DNA of 64,000 nucleotides from the human T2T-CHM13v2.0 reference genome, Homo sapiens: NCBI RefSeq assembly GCF_009914755.1, contig NC_060936.1; one strand, given 5' to 3'. Each line of letters starts with the position of its first letter. Positions within the stretch are counted from its first letter, which is position 1. The position numbers were made by a program, and so were the translations under genes. Under the pieces are notes generated by a model, which ran no database searches, had not been told where the DNA came from, and saw only the letters and a list, made by a program, of their open reading frames with translations. This document shows, one piece after another, positions 29,169 through 44,760 of the stretch.

Positions 29169-29349
29169 TTCAGTCATTTTTTTAAATAAATATAATTTGA
29201 GGGCAAAATAGGATTAATTATATATAACAGCTTGGAACTCTTTGCCACCTATTACTGCATTATGCACATCTTTTAATGTTGCTAAATATTTTATGATTGA
29301 TCATTTATAGTAGGTGACTAGAATTGAATTATTGGAATCTTTATTTGAT

Positions 29350-30035
<686 letters not shown>

Positions 30036-30989
30036 ATTAATTTATTTTGCATAGATTGTTAGATGGTAAGCAAGTTTTCATTGTTATAAACAGTGCAGAA
30101 GTGAAAAAAATACACATCAACAATTTAAAAATTTATTAACTTTGATCTTCATTACCACTTCTTGGCATTGATACTAACAAAGTAACGACAACTATTTGCA
30201 AAGATAATAAATTTTAAAATTGTTCATACATATTGCAAAAGTGCTTTGTAAAATTGTACTAATTGACAAGATTACCAACAGCTTATGAAAGTATGTCCCC
30301 TGACAATTTTCCTAACACAAACTTGTTTTTCATTTTAAAAACCTAGCATGTAGATAATATCTATCTTTATAATTTTGTTGTCTTTGGTAATGGTAGGATT
30401 TATTTTCACATCTGTTTATTGTTTATGTATGTTTCTTCTTGGATGAAATGTTTGTCTATGTTCCATGTGTATATATGTTGGTTTTGATTTGCTATATAAA
30501 TATATATAAAGCTCTTTATATATTAATGATGTTAACAAAGGTTTAGATTCTGCATCATTTTAACACAGATTTAATATTATCCATATTAACCTAATCATCT
30601 TAACATTTTTTGTGCACCACAAGACTTCCAAATTTGAAATCTATGAAACTACATTCTAAAGCAGAAGTATACTATTTGATCATTGTTCCATTCTTTGATT
30701 AGAAGTACATTTGATACTTGAGAAATGGGAACATATAATGTTTCAACAGTAAAAGAAGATTAAAAACATTAAAATAAAACACTGTGGGAAAAAATAAGAT
30801 TAAAACTTGCCTTCTGTCTTGGCACAGTTATGTGTCCCTCCCACTGAAATCACTGTAAGGATATAAATTATCTCAGAATCCCGTGGCTGTATTTAGTATT
30901 CCTCCTCCAGCCTACCACAGAACCCCATGTTTAATGATAGCAATATTCAAATTTATCTACATCATCATTTTATGCATTGGTCTTTCACT

Positions 30990-31472
30990 TAAAAAAAGTT
31001 ACTTGAATAATATTTCATTATATGATTACACTACATTCTGTTTAGTTATTGATCAGCTGATGGACGTTTGGCCTGTTTTGGCTATAGCACTAATAGTGCT
31101 ACAATGAACATTCATGTACAAGTTTTTTCTTGAATACATGGTGGAATATGGATGAACCTGACACGGATTATGCAAATGATGGAAATCAGACACAAAAGGA
31201 CACATAGTGTGTGACTGCATTATTTGAAATGTCCAGAACAGATAAATTCATAGGAACAGAAAGTAGATTCGTGGTTGCGAGGGGCTGGGAGGAGAGGAGA
31301 ATGTGGAATGATTGCTTGAGAGGAACAGGGCTTTATTTTGGAATAATGAAAATGTCTTAGAGTTCTATAGAGGAGATGGTTGCCTAACATTGTGAGTATC
31401 CTAAATGCCACTTAATTGTTCCCTTGAAAATGGTTAACAGTCAATTTTATATAATGTGAATTTTACCTTAAA
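30990..31472. mobile_element. L1MB fragments (antisense piece, then sense 3' end from ~31140)
   Basis: gaaatgtccagaacagataaattcatagg...tgtgaattttacctt. Confidence 0.7.
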
Positions 31473-33053
31473 TGTGCACACGTTTATATATGCATATGCA
31501 TATGTAATATATGTATAAGGAAATATATATATTATTTCTCATACATATTCATATTAGAAAGAGAGAAAAATAGAGACAGAGAGAGAAAAAGGAGAGTGCA
31601 TCATTTACTTCTAAGTCACCATGGTTTATCTCAGTCTCTCAAACACAGAAGCCACCCAAGAAATGTTTGAAGTAAATTACAGGAATTAAAATTCAATCAC
31701 TTATAAAATCCATTTGGGGTCTGATATTTTATATTATCTATTGTGTAGCTGGCTAAAGAAGAACCCATTATTCTTAATTTAAGGTGTATGAAATGTCAGG
31801 CTGCTGGCTCTAGTTTAATTCACAGTACAACCACCATTGGTAAAGTTCCTTATGATTTATTAAACCTGCTTATCCTATGTGACTATAATTCATCCCATCT
31901 AGCCCAGGTAGCATCATTTCTCCTTGGGACTGGGAGAAATGGCATTTAGAAGGTACACCACCTATTCTAGAGTTTGGGAACTTAAATTTCTCCTACTCGA
32001 TAACATCCTTTGGCTTAAGCTCACAGGTGCTATCCTTGGATTTTGATGTCTGGATAATGGCCATATCTCCATGGGTTGCTTGGACTTGGAGAAAGGTAGT
32101 AGAAACAAAGAGGTGTTTGGCAATAGTAAAGGTGATGATATCCTCTTTCTCAGCAGACAAACCCTGAATAATCAGTAGCTTGACACAATTAAGGTTTATT
32201 TCTCAGTTAGGCCTGATGTGAGCAAGACAGCTCTCTTCCATCCTGCAGTTCATGGGGTGACGAACCAGCCCTATCTGTGCAGTATTGTCCCATTATTAGC
32301 AGTAAAAGTCCCAGAAAATCTCTCCCACAGGACAAAATGTCCTGATTTTTGGCAGTAAGAATGTAAGGTTAGGAGAAAAGTACAAAACCCCAAGTCTGCA
32401 CTGAAAAATTAGGACCAAAAGCAGCATCTTTACTCACTCTGAGCGATGAGACTGAAGCGTGCAACTGGAAGTGTGTTGTCATCGTGATGTTACCAGCCCA
32501 TCTTTGGCTTTGCCTGTAGAATAACTGTTGTTCTTTGTGTCAAAGTAACTATAGTTTGATATTCATTTTTTAACAATGTGAAAATTATGACTATGTTTTC
32601 AAGAGTTTAGATGATAAGAATGATATCAATTGCAATACCAATACCATATGACCAGACATCACCAAAAAAAAAGGTGGATTAGCAGATAAATTATTAACAA
32701 AAAGCATACTGCACAATAAGCACAAAAGAATTTTGGATTGGGCATGGTAGAGGATATCAGAATGCATATGGAAATTCAATCTCCTAAGTCCAAGATGAGC
32801 CAGGCAAGTACTTCCACATCAATCAAAAGTATTTTTGTCTTTCAGGAGCCACCAACGCTCAAGTGAAAATAGTGGCCACTGAATTCGCTTAGCAAACCAC
32901 ACAAGCATACATATATCAACATTCCATCCCCTTAATTGTACTAGGACTGAGAAAAGCTACATTTTCTATTTCAGAGATTGCAACTAACATGTCCTTTAGG
33001 CAAACAACAAAATTTTGATACCAGATATGTTGGCCCTTTATCTGTAGAACTGA

Positions 33054-33436
<383 letters not shown>

Positions 33437-33495
33437 TGCAGTTTGCTTTAAAAAATAGAGTTTCAAATTGTTTTCTTGGTTTTGTTGAAGATTTT

Positions 33496-34918
33496 TTTTT
33501 AACTTTTATTTTAGGTGCAGGGGTACATGTGCAGGTTTGTTAATACAGGCAAACTTACGTCACAGGGGATTGGTATACAGACCATTTTGTCACCCAGGTA
33601 CGAAGCCTAGTACCTGATACTTATTTTTCCTGATCCTCTCCCTCCTCTCAACCTTCTCCCTCAAGTAGGCCATTTCTCTTCTTCCCTTCTTCGTGTCATT
33701 GGTTCTCATTATTTAGCTCCCACTTATAAATGAGAACATATGGTATTTGGTTTTCTCTTCCTCTGTTAATTTGCTAAGGATAATGGCCTCTGGGTCCATC
33801 CATGTTCCTGCAAAGGACAAGACTCGTTCTTTTTGTATGGCTGCATAGTATTTCATGGTATACATTACACACTTTCTTTATCCAGTCTATCATTGATGGA
33901 CATTTAGGGTGATTCCATGTCTTGCTATTGTAAACAGTGCTGCAATAAAAACATGTGTGTGTGTATCTTTACGGTGGTATGATTTCTATTCCTTGGGTAT
34001 ATACTCAGTAATAGGATTGCTGTGTCCAATGGTAGTTCTGTTTTGAGCTCTTTGAGGAATTGCCACACTGCTTTCCACAATGGTTGAACTGATTTACACT
34101 GCAACCAACGATATATAAGTGTTCACTTTTCTCTGCAACTTCGCCAGAGTCTGTTATTTTTTGACTTACTAATGATAGCTATTCTGACTGCTGTGAGATA
34201 ATATCTAACTGTGGTTTTATTCTGCATTTCTTTAGTAATTAGTGATATTGATCATTTTTTCATATGTTTGTTAACTGCATGTATTTCTTCTTTTGAAAAG
34301 TGTCTGTTCACGTCCTTTGCCCACTTTTTATTGGGATTGTTATTTCTTGTAAATTTGTTTAAGTTCCTTATGGATGCTGGATATTAGACCTTTGTCGAAT
34401 GCATAGTTTGCCAAAATATTCTCCCATTCTGTAGGCTGTTTACTCTGTTGATAGTTTCTTTAGCTGTGCAGAAGCTCTTTAGTTTGATTAGATTCCATTT
34501 GTCCATTTTTGCTTTTGTCACAGTTGCTTTCGGCATCTTTGTCATAAAATCTTCGCTAATTCATCTGTCCAGACTGGTACTTCCTAGGTTATCTTCCTGG
34601 GTTTTTATAGTTTTAGGTTTTACATTTAAGTCTTTAATTCATCTTGAGTTGATTTTTGTGTGTGGTTTAGGGAAGGGATCCAGTTTCAATCTTCTGCACA
34701 CGGCTGGCCAGTTATCCCAGCACCACTTACTGAATAGGAAGTCCTTTCTCCATTGCTTGTTTCTATCAGCTTCTTTGAAGAGCAGATGGTTGTAGGTGTG
34801 CAGCATTATTTCTGGGCCCTCTCTTCTGTCCCATTGGTCTATGTTTCTGTTTCTACACCAGTACCATGCTGTTTTGGTTACTGTGTACCCTGTAGTATAG
34901 TTTGAGTTTGGGCAATGT
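33496..34918 (-). mobile_element. Older L1PA 3' fragment (~1.4 kb)
   Basis: ORF2 peptide TVTKTAWYW...KLDPF on the minus strand; TSD ga(a/g)gatttt. Confidence 0.9.
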
Positions 34919-35147
34919 GAGGATTTTAATAAAGCCATAGAAATCATCAGAGAACAGATTTATTTTTGCATCTTGTCAAAATACCAACTAGATTTTACTC
35001 ATTTATCTGCAGATTCAGCCAGTGTGCAAATATAAATGTTGACAAATTTCACTCAGTCTGTAAATTCTTAGCAAATAAAATAATAGTTATTATCTGCTAA
35101 AGTCTTGAACATTTTGTACACAATACTGCTAAAAAGAAATATTTACT

Positions 35148-35485
<338 letters not shown>

Positions 35486-36475
35486 TTACTTACCTATGAC
35501 ATAGAGGCTTTAATCCTAAAAAATGTTTAGTCAATTTTCAGGTTCCTCAACATTTGCAGAAGTACTTTCTATGTTTTTGCTTTTCTTTTTTTTTTTTTAA
35601 CTTTATAAAAATGAAAGAAGATAGCCTTCTTACACATGTACCCCAGAAAATCCACAAAATGATACTAAGATGTCAGCCTGCCATAATATGTGTCCAAAGG
35701 GCGGGGCAAGGAGAACGTCCTTCTCTAGTCTGTAAATACATTGAGAATGAGGATACAGAAAAGTATAACTTTGAAACAAGAACCTATGTGGGTTTTTCTA
35801 AAACTGTTTGATGATCTTTGAAGAGGATATAAGAAGCTTATAAAAGAAGGGACCGATGCACTTGACTTTTTCTATGTTATGTGTACAAGTTGTGACAGTA
35901 GTTCTCACAGGAAAGAAAAAAATTCCTTTTTCTCAGAAAGACTGCTTCAGAACTCAAGAGAGTGTCACTAAAAAAGGGCAACCAAGCTAAACAGGACTTT
36001 CTCCTTTTTTTGTAAATAAAAACTCTGACTCCTAGACTCCAACTTTGATTTTATACGTTGAAATTACCTCTATGACTTTACATCATTTTCTCTGACAGAA
36101 GAAATTCAACTTATAGTGACATCCAATGTGCTACAGAGTGTTTTAAAATGACATGAAATTAAAGATGTAAGTGACCAGTCCAAGGAGTTTATTGATGCAA
36201 ATGAGGTAATGGACAAACAGCTGGTTTACCAAAAAAGACAGATGTGACACAAAGTGAATGGACATTTTTGGAAAGCAGGAAAGGAATGCCTAAAGGGTTT
36301 AAAGCACATTGTTGCCAGTGAGGAAAACTCTGTGTATTCCAGTCAAACACTTTTCCCTAGAGGATTTATAGCATGATGTCGACCCATTGGGCCAAGCATC
36401 ATTTTAATGTGGATTTAGTAAGAGTGCATTAAATTATATTTAGTTTCAGAACCACACAGAAGAAAAGAAGGACTA

Positions 36476-36850
36476 GGTATTAGTCCCTTCTCACATTGCT
36501 ATGAAGAAATACCTGACACTGGGTAATTTATAAAGAAAAGAGGTTTAATGTATTCACAGTTCAGCATGGCTGGGGAGGCCTCATGAAACTTACAATCATG
36601 GTGGAAGGTGAAGGGGAAGCAAGGACCTTCTTCACATGGTGGCAGGAGAGAGAAGAGTGAGCCAAGGAGGAACTTGCCAAACTTATAAAACCATCAAATC
36701 TTGTGAGAACTCACTCACTATTATTAGAACAGCATGGGGTTTTAAAGCTGCCCCCACGATCCAATCACTTTCCACCAGGTTCCTCCCTCAACACATGGGA
36801 TTACAATTCAAGATGAGATTTGGGTGAGGACACAAACCCTAACCATATTA
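36476..36850 (-). mobile_element. THE1D-like MaLR solo LTR
   Basis: Typical THE1/MST body; 5-bp TSD gacta/gactt. Confidence 0.88.
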
Positions 36851-37629
36851 GACTTCCTTAAGGCCACAGGCAGCTTCAAGAACCATCCCCCTGTTGTGGG
36901 CAGTAAGGCGTATCCTTTCATCCCCACTGGCACAATGATCACATCTCCAAGTTCTTTTGTTTTCTATTTAATTTTAGGGCAGCATATCTGGCCTGATTTA
37001 TCAACGACAGCCATTGTTTACTGCAGATTAATCAGAGGCAGGTGACGACCAAAGAAGGTCATTCGGGGATCTTGAAGCCACAATTACAGTGATTTCAAGG
37101 GAGATTATGTAATTTAGCAGAAACTTCCATTGTTTTCTTCCTTTGTCAAATACATCTCACATGTTTGCTTGCAAAAACTCACAGATGGGGCAAGCTCTTT
37201 CAAGTTACTATTTCAAAATCACACAATGAAGGTCCCCAATCTACATTCCTCAGCACGAGGGCCTTGACTCCTTTCTCTAACCCCAGCTCCATGGCAACCT
37301 TTTCTTCTGGCCTTTGCAGCTGCAGCTTTTGAGGAGCCCTGCTTGGGATACTATTTTGGGTGCCCTCATTAGATACAAGGTCAGTGCGACTATGTGTGCC
37401 CATTGCAGCTGCACAGAGGGGAGAGATCTAGGACACTGAAAACAAACCCAGGATGCCATCTCCCTTACTTCTCACTTCGCCAAGGCAGCTGGACCCTCCT
37501 GAGATATCATTTATCCACGACAAACTTGCTGTTCAGCTCAGGTGAAGAGAGGGGTGGAGAAAGTCAGCTCCAAGCAGCACCCTTTGTGAGGGGCAATTGT
37601 TTTGAGTGTGATTGTCTTTGGGACACATT

Positions 37630-37983
37630 CTGTCTGGCTCTCTTCCCCAGGCACATGGTAGGAACACCCCTCCAAACCCTCTTGAAATTAAGGATAGTTG
37701 CATGACTTGCATCGGCCAAGGAAATGAGCACAAAAGTGTCCCATGCATTCTTTGCTATCTTTCCTCTTTCATTCTGCTGTGAACACCTGTGTTTTCCAAC
37801 AGAGCTGCTGCCATAGCCAGGGTCCTGGGGTGGGGCCAACGTGGCACAGAGAACTCAGGGCCTACACCCAATGGGCACACAGCATAAAGGAGAAATCAGC
37901 CTTTGTGGTGAGGCTCTATGCCTCTAGGATTTTGGAGATAGAGAGTTACCAGAACATAACCCAAATTATCTTGACTACAACAA
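37630..37983 (+). mobile_element. MLT1I/J-like LTR fragment
   Basis: gggcacacagcataaaggagaaatcagcctttg...cttgactacaaca. Confidence 0.6.
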
Positions 37984-38354
37984 CGTAGTTGAAAAAGGGT
38001 GTGAAATCTGAAGAATCCCAATGCCAGGTCTTAGAAACAACTTCTCAGACCAGAAGTCCTAAGACTACACTTTCTGTTGAAAAGGAGATGTCATTCATGT
38101 TGTGTGCACTCATAGAGGGAACGATTGCAGTGCGGGCACATGGAGAGCAACCAACCAAGCACAGAAGCATCCAAGGGCACCAGATGATCATTAGCGTTTT
38201 CACATCATCTTCTCCACCACACCAAATACCTGGACTTCCCTTTGCAAAACTCTCACACCCATCACCACATTTGAGACCTCCAGGACTGGGATATCTAGAG
38301 CCACTATTATCCATGAGAAAATGAAAAGAGAGGTTGAAGGACTGGACCACTGAT

Positions 38355-38885
38355 TTTATGAATTGTGCTGGTTGTTTCCTTTGCTGTGCAGCAGCTTCTT
38401 ACTTTGATGTGGTCTCACTTGTTTATTTTTGTTTTTATGGTCTATGCTTTTCATGTTATGCTGCCTTTGTTTGGTGTCCAAAGGGAGAAAAAAATCATTG
38501 CCAAGGCCAGTGTAAAGAGCTTTTCTTCCTACGTGTTCTCCTAGGCATTTTATCATTTTAGATTCTACATGTACATCTTTAATTCATTTCTAGTTAATTT
38601 TTATATGGTGTAAGATGAGGATCCGATTTCATTGACTTGCATGTGAATAACCGATTTACTGCAAACCATTTATTGAAGAGACTTTCCTTTCTCCTTTGCA
38701 TATTCTTGGCACACAATGAGATTCCACTTCTCACATGTTAGGATAGTTATTATCCAAAAGACAAGAGAGAGGTGCTGGCGAGGAGGTAGAGGAAAGGGAC
38801 CCTGTCTGCGGTTGATGGGACTGTAAATTGGTACAGTCATTATGGAGAACAGTATGGAGGTGCCTCAAACAACTGAAATAACACT
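38355..38885. mobile_element. L1M ORF2 fragments (antisense to ~38712, then sense)
   Basis: tttcctttgctgtgcagcagctt (antisense) and gtaaattggtacagtcattatggagaacagtatggagg (sense). Confidence 0.7.
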
Positions 38886-39620
38886 GCGATGGATGTGAGA
38901 GTGTCTGTTATAGCAACAAGGGAAAATTCACCAAAAATACGTGAAAAATCTAAGCATTTCCACAGGCAGCCTGTTGTGTCATTGATAAGAGAGGATATTT
39001 CACACAGAAACAATTTTAAGGGTTGTTATTAATAATACGCTGGCACTATTTCAAACACAGTGGCACCTGGAACAAACACAGGTTCGGCTCCAGTGCAGAA
39101 GAAGAGGGAAGGGTATCATTTAGCGGACATGATCATAACTGGAGCTCAGGAGGAGCTGAAATAAGATCCAGGCAGGGAAATCATTGGATAGAATCTTCCT
39201 GGTGCTGAATTGGAGGAAGTCTGATTTTATCTAAAGATGATTTTAGGAGCTTTGATAGAGAGAAGGGAGGAAAGCAGAAAGGAGAGGGGGAGAAAACACT
39301 GCAAAAAAGGAGGTACACCGCACAGGTATAGCTGATAAGTGCAATTCCACCTCTCTCCCCCAGCAGGAATGGGTTCAGCAATAAGACTGTTATGTAAGTT
39401 GGTCTGAGCAAATGTGTTTCCCAGGGAGTAGGACAGCAGTTATCAGAGGCAAAATTTTATTCTTCTATAGGTACAAGAAAAATACATTACAAAAAATGAT
39501 TTCTTTTTTTTTCAGCCAGTTTGAATAAACGTTTCAGGTGTGTGCATTTAGAAGGGTATCAGCCAGAGCAGCTATCAGGGCAGAGCTCATGGTCATGCCC
39601 CACTTTGGAGGGGAAGGGCA

Positions 39621-40013
39621 TGGTTAGGCTGTTCTTGCACTACTATAAAAAATACCTGAGGCTGAGTAATGTATACAGAAAAGATAATTGGCTCACAGTT
39701 CTGCAGGCTGTTCAGGAAAGCATGGTGCTGGCATCTGCTCAGCTTCTGGGGAGGCCTTGGGGAGCTTTTACTCATGGCGGAAGAAGAAGGGAAAGCAGGT
39801 GTCTCTCATGACAAGAATGGCAGCAAGAGTGTGAGGAGGTGCTGCACACTTTTAAATCATCAGATCGTGCAAGAACGAACTCACTATTGTGAAGACAGCA
39901 CCAAGCCATGAAGGATCCGCCCCCATAATCCAATTACCTCCTACCAGGCCCACCTCCAACACTGGGGACTGCAATTCAACATGAGATTTGGAGGGGACAT
40001 CTCATATATATCA
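39621..40013 (-). mobile_element. MSTB-like MaLR solo LTR
   Basis: ggctcacagttctgcaggctg...catgagatttggaggggaca; TSD gggca/gagca. Confidence 0.87.
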
Positions 40014-40967
40014 GAGCATGAGAAAGGAGCGGACACTCAAGGGAGTGGGCACGTCTTTCTGGAGAGTCCACTTCTTTAGCAAATCAACAGCTGATGAAGC
40101 AGGAACTGATGGACACTCCCAGGCAGGTGCAGCCAGGAGACCATGCAGACACAGACACTGTGTGGCCAATGCTCCCCCTGACATAGCAGAAGGGTCCTGG
40201 CCTGATCACGTGGTCTACCACCATGGGGAAGAGACCACATCAGAGCCGGATGCAGAGAGCTGAGCTTACTGCAGCAGAGCCGCCATGCAGAGGAACCACT
40301 GTCCACCTACACCCTTCTCCACCCCCAGACCACCAGGTCTGGGTGAATACACATTGACCAGCTCACCCAAGTAGATTCTTTAGACCTGTTGGTAGCAACA
40401 TACCAGCCCTGGCTAGTTATTTTCTCATTCACAGGTGAGTCAGTCGGGGGCACAAAAATCACGTGTGCGCTTATGAAAAGATCCAGCACCATAAGAGAAT
40501 GGAGAGAAGTAAGCCTTAAGGGGCAGAAGAAAAGCACACTTTAGTAACATTTTAGTAAATGAAAAATATATGGATTTGAGACATCACCTGCTTTGAGCCC
40601 ACAAACAAGGCTCAGCTACAGAGCAGAAATGAGAGAGCGATCGCTCTTTTCACAGAGGCAGCTATCCAGATACTCTTTAAATATTGCCTCTGGCTGTCAT
40701 CTATTTTAGCAAATGAATGGTATTAGGTAGAGGAAGCTGGGAAAAGTGTGAAAGATGGACACAGCAAACTGAGCAAGCCTCCTTCTTTTCTCTGTTTCCC
40801 TCATGTATTAATTAGGCAGTGAGCAGAGATGGATGAAACCACTCAATCTGTCCAATCCAAAATGCCCACCTAATCCCTTGCTCCCCTTCTCTTTCTCCAG
40901 CGAATGTGCTTCCTCAAGGCCACATCAACTCTATACTCTGCTTTTCCCAAATTCAGGGCTTACTACT

Positions 40968-41108
40968 GACAGATACAATGATTTTTTTTTTCCTTAGTGT
41001 AAGTACGTCCCCATGAAATATTTGGGATATACTTGTACTAAAAATGTATTCATGGTTGGTCTGAAATTCAGATCTCACTGCCTGTCCTGTATTTTATCTG
41101 GAAACTCT
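40968..41108. mobile_element. MER53-like palindromic hAT element, partial
   Basis: tagtgtaagtacgtccc...gggatatacttgtacta symmetric core; tgtcctgtattttatctgg end. Confidence 0.75.
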
Positions 41109-41777
41109 GACAGGGAGTGATGCATGTCATGGGGCTTCCAAGGGGAATCAATTGCTCAGAAGCAGACAGCTCGCAAATTAGAACTCCTGGGAAAACACAA
41201 GGAGGGAGGAAATTAAATGGAAGACACCCAGAATGGCTGCAGTAAGGATTCTTTAAAAACTTAATCAGGAGAAGGTTCCTTGGGCAGAAAGTCTGGAGTC
41301 AAGAGGGCAATTATTTTTCCTTTTTAGAATTTTGCTTCTTATTCCACAGAGGAAACAGAAAATACAATTTTTCTTTCGGGTGATTAAGGCCAAAGGAAAG
41401 TCTGTGCTAGAGGTCTGGCCTTACCATCTGATAACAGCAGCAAAGAAAGATTAACTTATTAATACTTTCATAAATATTTAAGACTATGCATCCAAACACT
41501 ATTGTGGACCCCTACACAGACACCCTTGACTTCCAAGCCAACTCTTAGAGTTTCCCCAGGGAGATGTTTTATGTTCTTATCATTGGGAAAATTAAGAAAC
41601 ATTTCAAATGAGCTGCAAAATCAGACCAAGATATAAATAATTCACAAGGAGACTAGCAGATTCCAGATATGGAATGTTTATCAGAATAACTGCTCCCTAC
41701 ACAGTTTTTCCTTTTACTTTTTCTTCTCTCCAGCAGCTGCTGCAAAGCTCCATACAATCAAGAACCTTTCTTCTCTA

Positions 41778-41885
41778 GTTTGTTTGTTTTGCTTTGCTTT
41801 GCTTTGTTTCATTTTGTTTTGAGATGGGGTCTTGCTCTATTGCCCAAGCTGGGGTGCAGTGGTGCGATCATGGCTTACCACAGCC
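41778..41885 (-). mobile_element. Alu 3' fragment
   Basis: T-rich tail plus gagatggggtcttgctctattgccc. Confidence 0.8.
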
Positions 41886-42499
41886 CATCCCGGTTTTAAA
41901 CCCTAAAAATCTATTTTGGTCAGACTTCTTTGACATACCTCCAAAGGAAGGAGAGATAAGTTCAGGAAATCCAAGTGCAGACAATGTGGGTATTTCCTTT
42001 CCTGGGTAGATCCCAAGTGGAACTGAAATGGACTTTGGTGATGTAATCCAGGGATAGAGGTGGCTGGGTCCTATGTGTGTCTTTGCAGATGAACCTGAGA
42101 CAGCGTGATAGAGCATCTTTTGTCCCAGCCTAGTCCGTTGGGTTTTCTGGAAACCAGCATCTTGTGAGAATAGCAGAATAATTTCCATGTTACTAAGAAA
42201 GATAGTAGGGTAGAAATAGAGGCCAAGAGATGCAATGGCAACCCTCCAGTGGATGAAAGAGAAGACACAGAAGACATCTGCATGGGAAATGGGAAAGAAA
42301 AAAATAGAGCAAACGTCCTCCGAGACAGATCAAGAATGGAAAGGAAGGAGCTTCCCCTCTATCCCACATCCCTTATGCCCAGAACATCACAAGTTCCTCG
42401 GATTTAGAGGAGATGAAGGGGGAAAACACGCAGGAATCCCAGAATGCATAAGACAGCCTCAGTATAATTCAGTATTCATTGACCAAAGGCCTTCACATG

Positions 42500-42825
42500 A
42501 CAGCTTCCAAAACCCAAAAGACAGAAGGACAGAAATAGTGACCACTCCTCAGGTAGTCCTTTCTTCTATGAAAGAACAGGCCTTTCCTGGAACCCGCCAA
42601 CTGACTTCCTCTTATGCCTCACTGGAGGTCACATGCCCACTGCTATACCACCAATCACTGGCAAAGGAAAAGTGGCTGAAGCGAATGGCTTCATCCAATC
42701 AAAATTCATCTCCTACAGACTGGGGCTACCTTCTTGGAGATGAGGGCATTAATCCTAACACCTGACCAGAGACAAGAAGAAGGGGGAAAGACTTTTGGTT
42801 AGGTCACTGACAATATCTGCAACTT
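42500..42825 (-). mobile_element. MLT1K-like LTR fragment
   Basis: gacttcctcttatgcctcactgg..ggtcacatgccca..ccaatcactggcaaagg. Confidence 0.55.
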
Positions 42826-43046
42826 GGGGCAAAATGGTAAGAACGAGGACTGTTGCGTCCTCCCCTCCAAAGAGAACCCAAGTAGGCATCATCCCCACCT
42901 CCTTACATCCTGAGGTCTTCTTATTTTCGTATCACACATGAAACCAAGGAGACTACAGGAGAGGTCATCCGAACAGTGGCAGAGGTGAGCTGGCCATGAC
43001 CTCCTTCACTCCTGACTCCGGTTCTTTCCATAACACTGTGTTTTCT

Positions 43047-43187
43047 CATATACCATGGAATACTATGCAGCCATAAAAAGGATGAGTTCGTGTCCTTTGC
43101 AGGGACATGGATGAAGCTGGAAACCATCATTCTGAGCAAATTATCACAAGGACAGAAAACCAAACACCGCATGTTCTCACTCATAAA
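43047..43187 (+). mobile_element. Internal L1PA fragment without 3' end or poly(A)
   Basis: Well-preserved match to the last ~140 nt of ORF2. Confidence 0.88.
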
Positions 43188-43359
43188 TAGTATTTTCAAA
43201 GGGCATTGTCAAAGTTTTAAAAAATACGTTATTTTCACATTTTTCTACCATAAAAACGCATAGAAAATTGCATCACCTTTGCTATTTAGAAGAACTCCTT
43301 TCAGACTCCTTCTTTAAGAACTAACAGAAGCAAGCACATAAAGCCAAGGCAAGACACCG

Positions 43360-43530
43360 TGCACTCTTCCAACAATGTCACACACAACAACTCACCTCGT
43401 CATTGCAACAACCTATGAGAAAAGCATCATTATCTCAACTTTAGTGATGGGAACACTCCTCAAAGAGATTAAATATCTTGCCCAACATCACAAAGCTGGT
43501 GAGAGTCACAGCCAGGATCTAGCTCCAGAG
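43360..43530 (-). mobile_element. MIR
   Basis: caacaacctatgag...cttgcccaacatcacaaagctggt. Confidence 0.65.
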
Positions 43531-43729
43531 AAGTATATCATAAAAGATGTTACGTTTACTCTACAAACAGAGTTTAGTGCCCAGTGGGATTAAGTGCGTA
43601 TATATGGATTTCAGAAAATTCACATACCTGGAACAAGGTAAGATAATAAAATCTAACAGGCAATAAGTTTATTCAAGCAAATAATTGGTAAAATAAAGTT
43701 TTAAATATTATTTTAAAAATAAAATTAAA

Positions 43730-44760
43730 AATGAAATTAATACCACCCCTTTGAAAATTGTTTAGTACTCTCTATTAAAGTTAGCACCTACCAAAGCTAA
43801 ACATGTACATACTCTGTTACCCATCAGCCCCACTGCTAAATCTATTATCAACACAATTTTTTGTGCATAATTTTGCCAAAATTCATGTACTAGAATGTTT
43901 GAGAAACCAGTATTTGTAACAGCCAGAAGCCAGAAACTACCCAAATTTCCAAATGGTAGTTTGTGGTATATGTGTATATATACATAAAATTATATATAAC
44001 ATTATATACATATAGCTTATATAATTAAATAGACTATTCAACAATGAGTATGGGTAATCTAAAATTGCACGTAAAGGCCAGTCACGGTGGCTCATGCCCG
44101 TAATCCCAGTGCTTTGGGAGGCTGAGGCAGGTGAATCACTTGAGGTCAGGAGTTTGATACCAGCCTGGCCAATATAGTGAAACCCTGTCTCTGCTAAAAA
44201 TACAAAAATCAGCCATACATGGTGGTGGGTGTCTGTATTCCTGGCTGCTTGGGAGGCCAAGGCAGGATAATCACTTGAACCCAGGAGGCAGAGGTTGCAG
44301 TAAGCCGAGATCTCGCCATTGCACTCCAGTCTGGGTGACAGAGTGAAACTCCATCTCAAAAATAATGATACAATAAAATTGCATGTAAAAATATGAATGA
44401 CATGAATAGATACAATGCTGAATGAACAAAGCCAGAACCTGCCAGCCAGAAAATTATGTCTCAAAACACTCTTATTTCTGCAATAATTATACCTACTATG
44501 TATACTGTATAAATCCATTTACATAAAGCACAAACAAGCAAAATGTATCTTTTTGTTGGGAGTTGCTGCCTATGGGCAGTCAGGTAGACGTGGTTAGAGG
44601 AAGGGGAGATGAGGAAGGCCTCTGCGGGCTGAGTGTGTTCTGTCTCTCCAGTACAGTTTGAGTGACACAGGTGTGTTCAATTGTGAACACTCACCAGGTG
44701 GGCGGTGAGGATACAGGCAAGCTTCTACATGTACATGGCACTTTAATTAGAATATTTTAG
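43730..44760 (+). mobile_element. L1ME 3' region split by an Alu
   Basis: Diverged L1 3' motifs (gtaacagccagaagccagaaactacccaaat; tgacacaggtgtgttcaattgtg). Confidence 0.6.
44076..44373 (+). mobile_element. AluS
   Basis: TSD taaaattgca(c/t)gtaaa. Confidence 0.95.

Noticed and set aside
40968-41108. Hairpin or pre-miRNA-like palindrome
   Set aside because: Explained by the palindromic MER53 element, with one arm incomplete
42235-42765. 176-aa ORF
   Set aside because: Partly overlaps an MLT1K-like LTR, no recognisable homology or exon structure; consistent with a chance ORF
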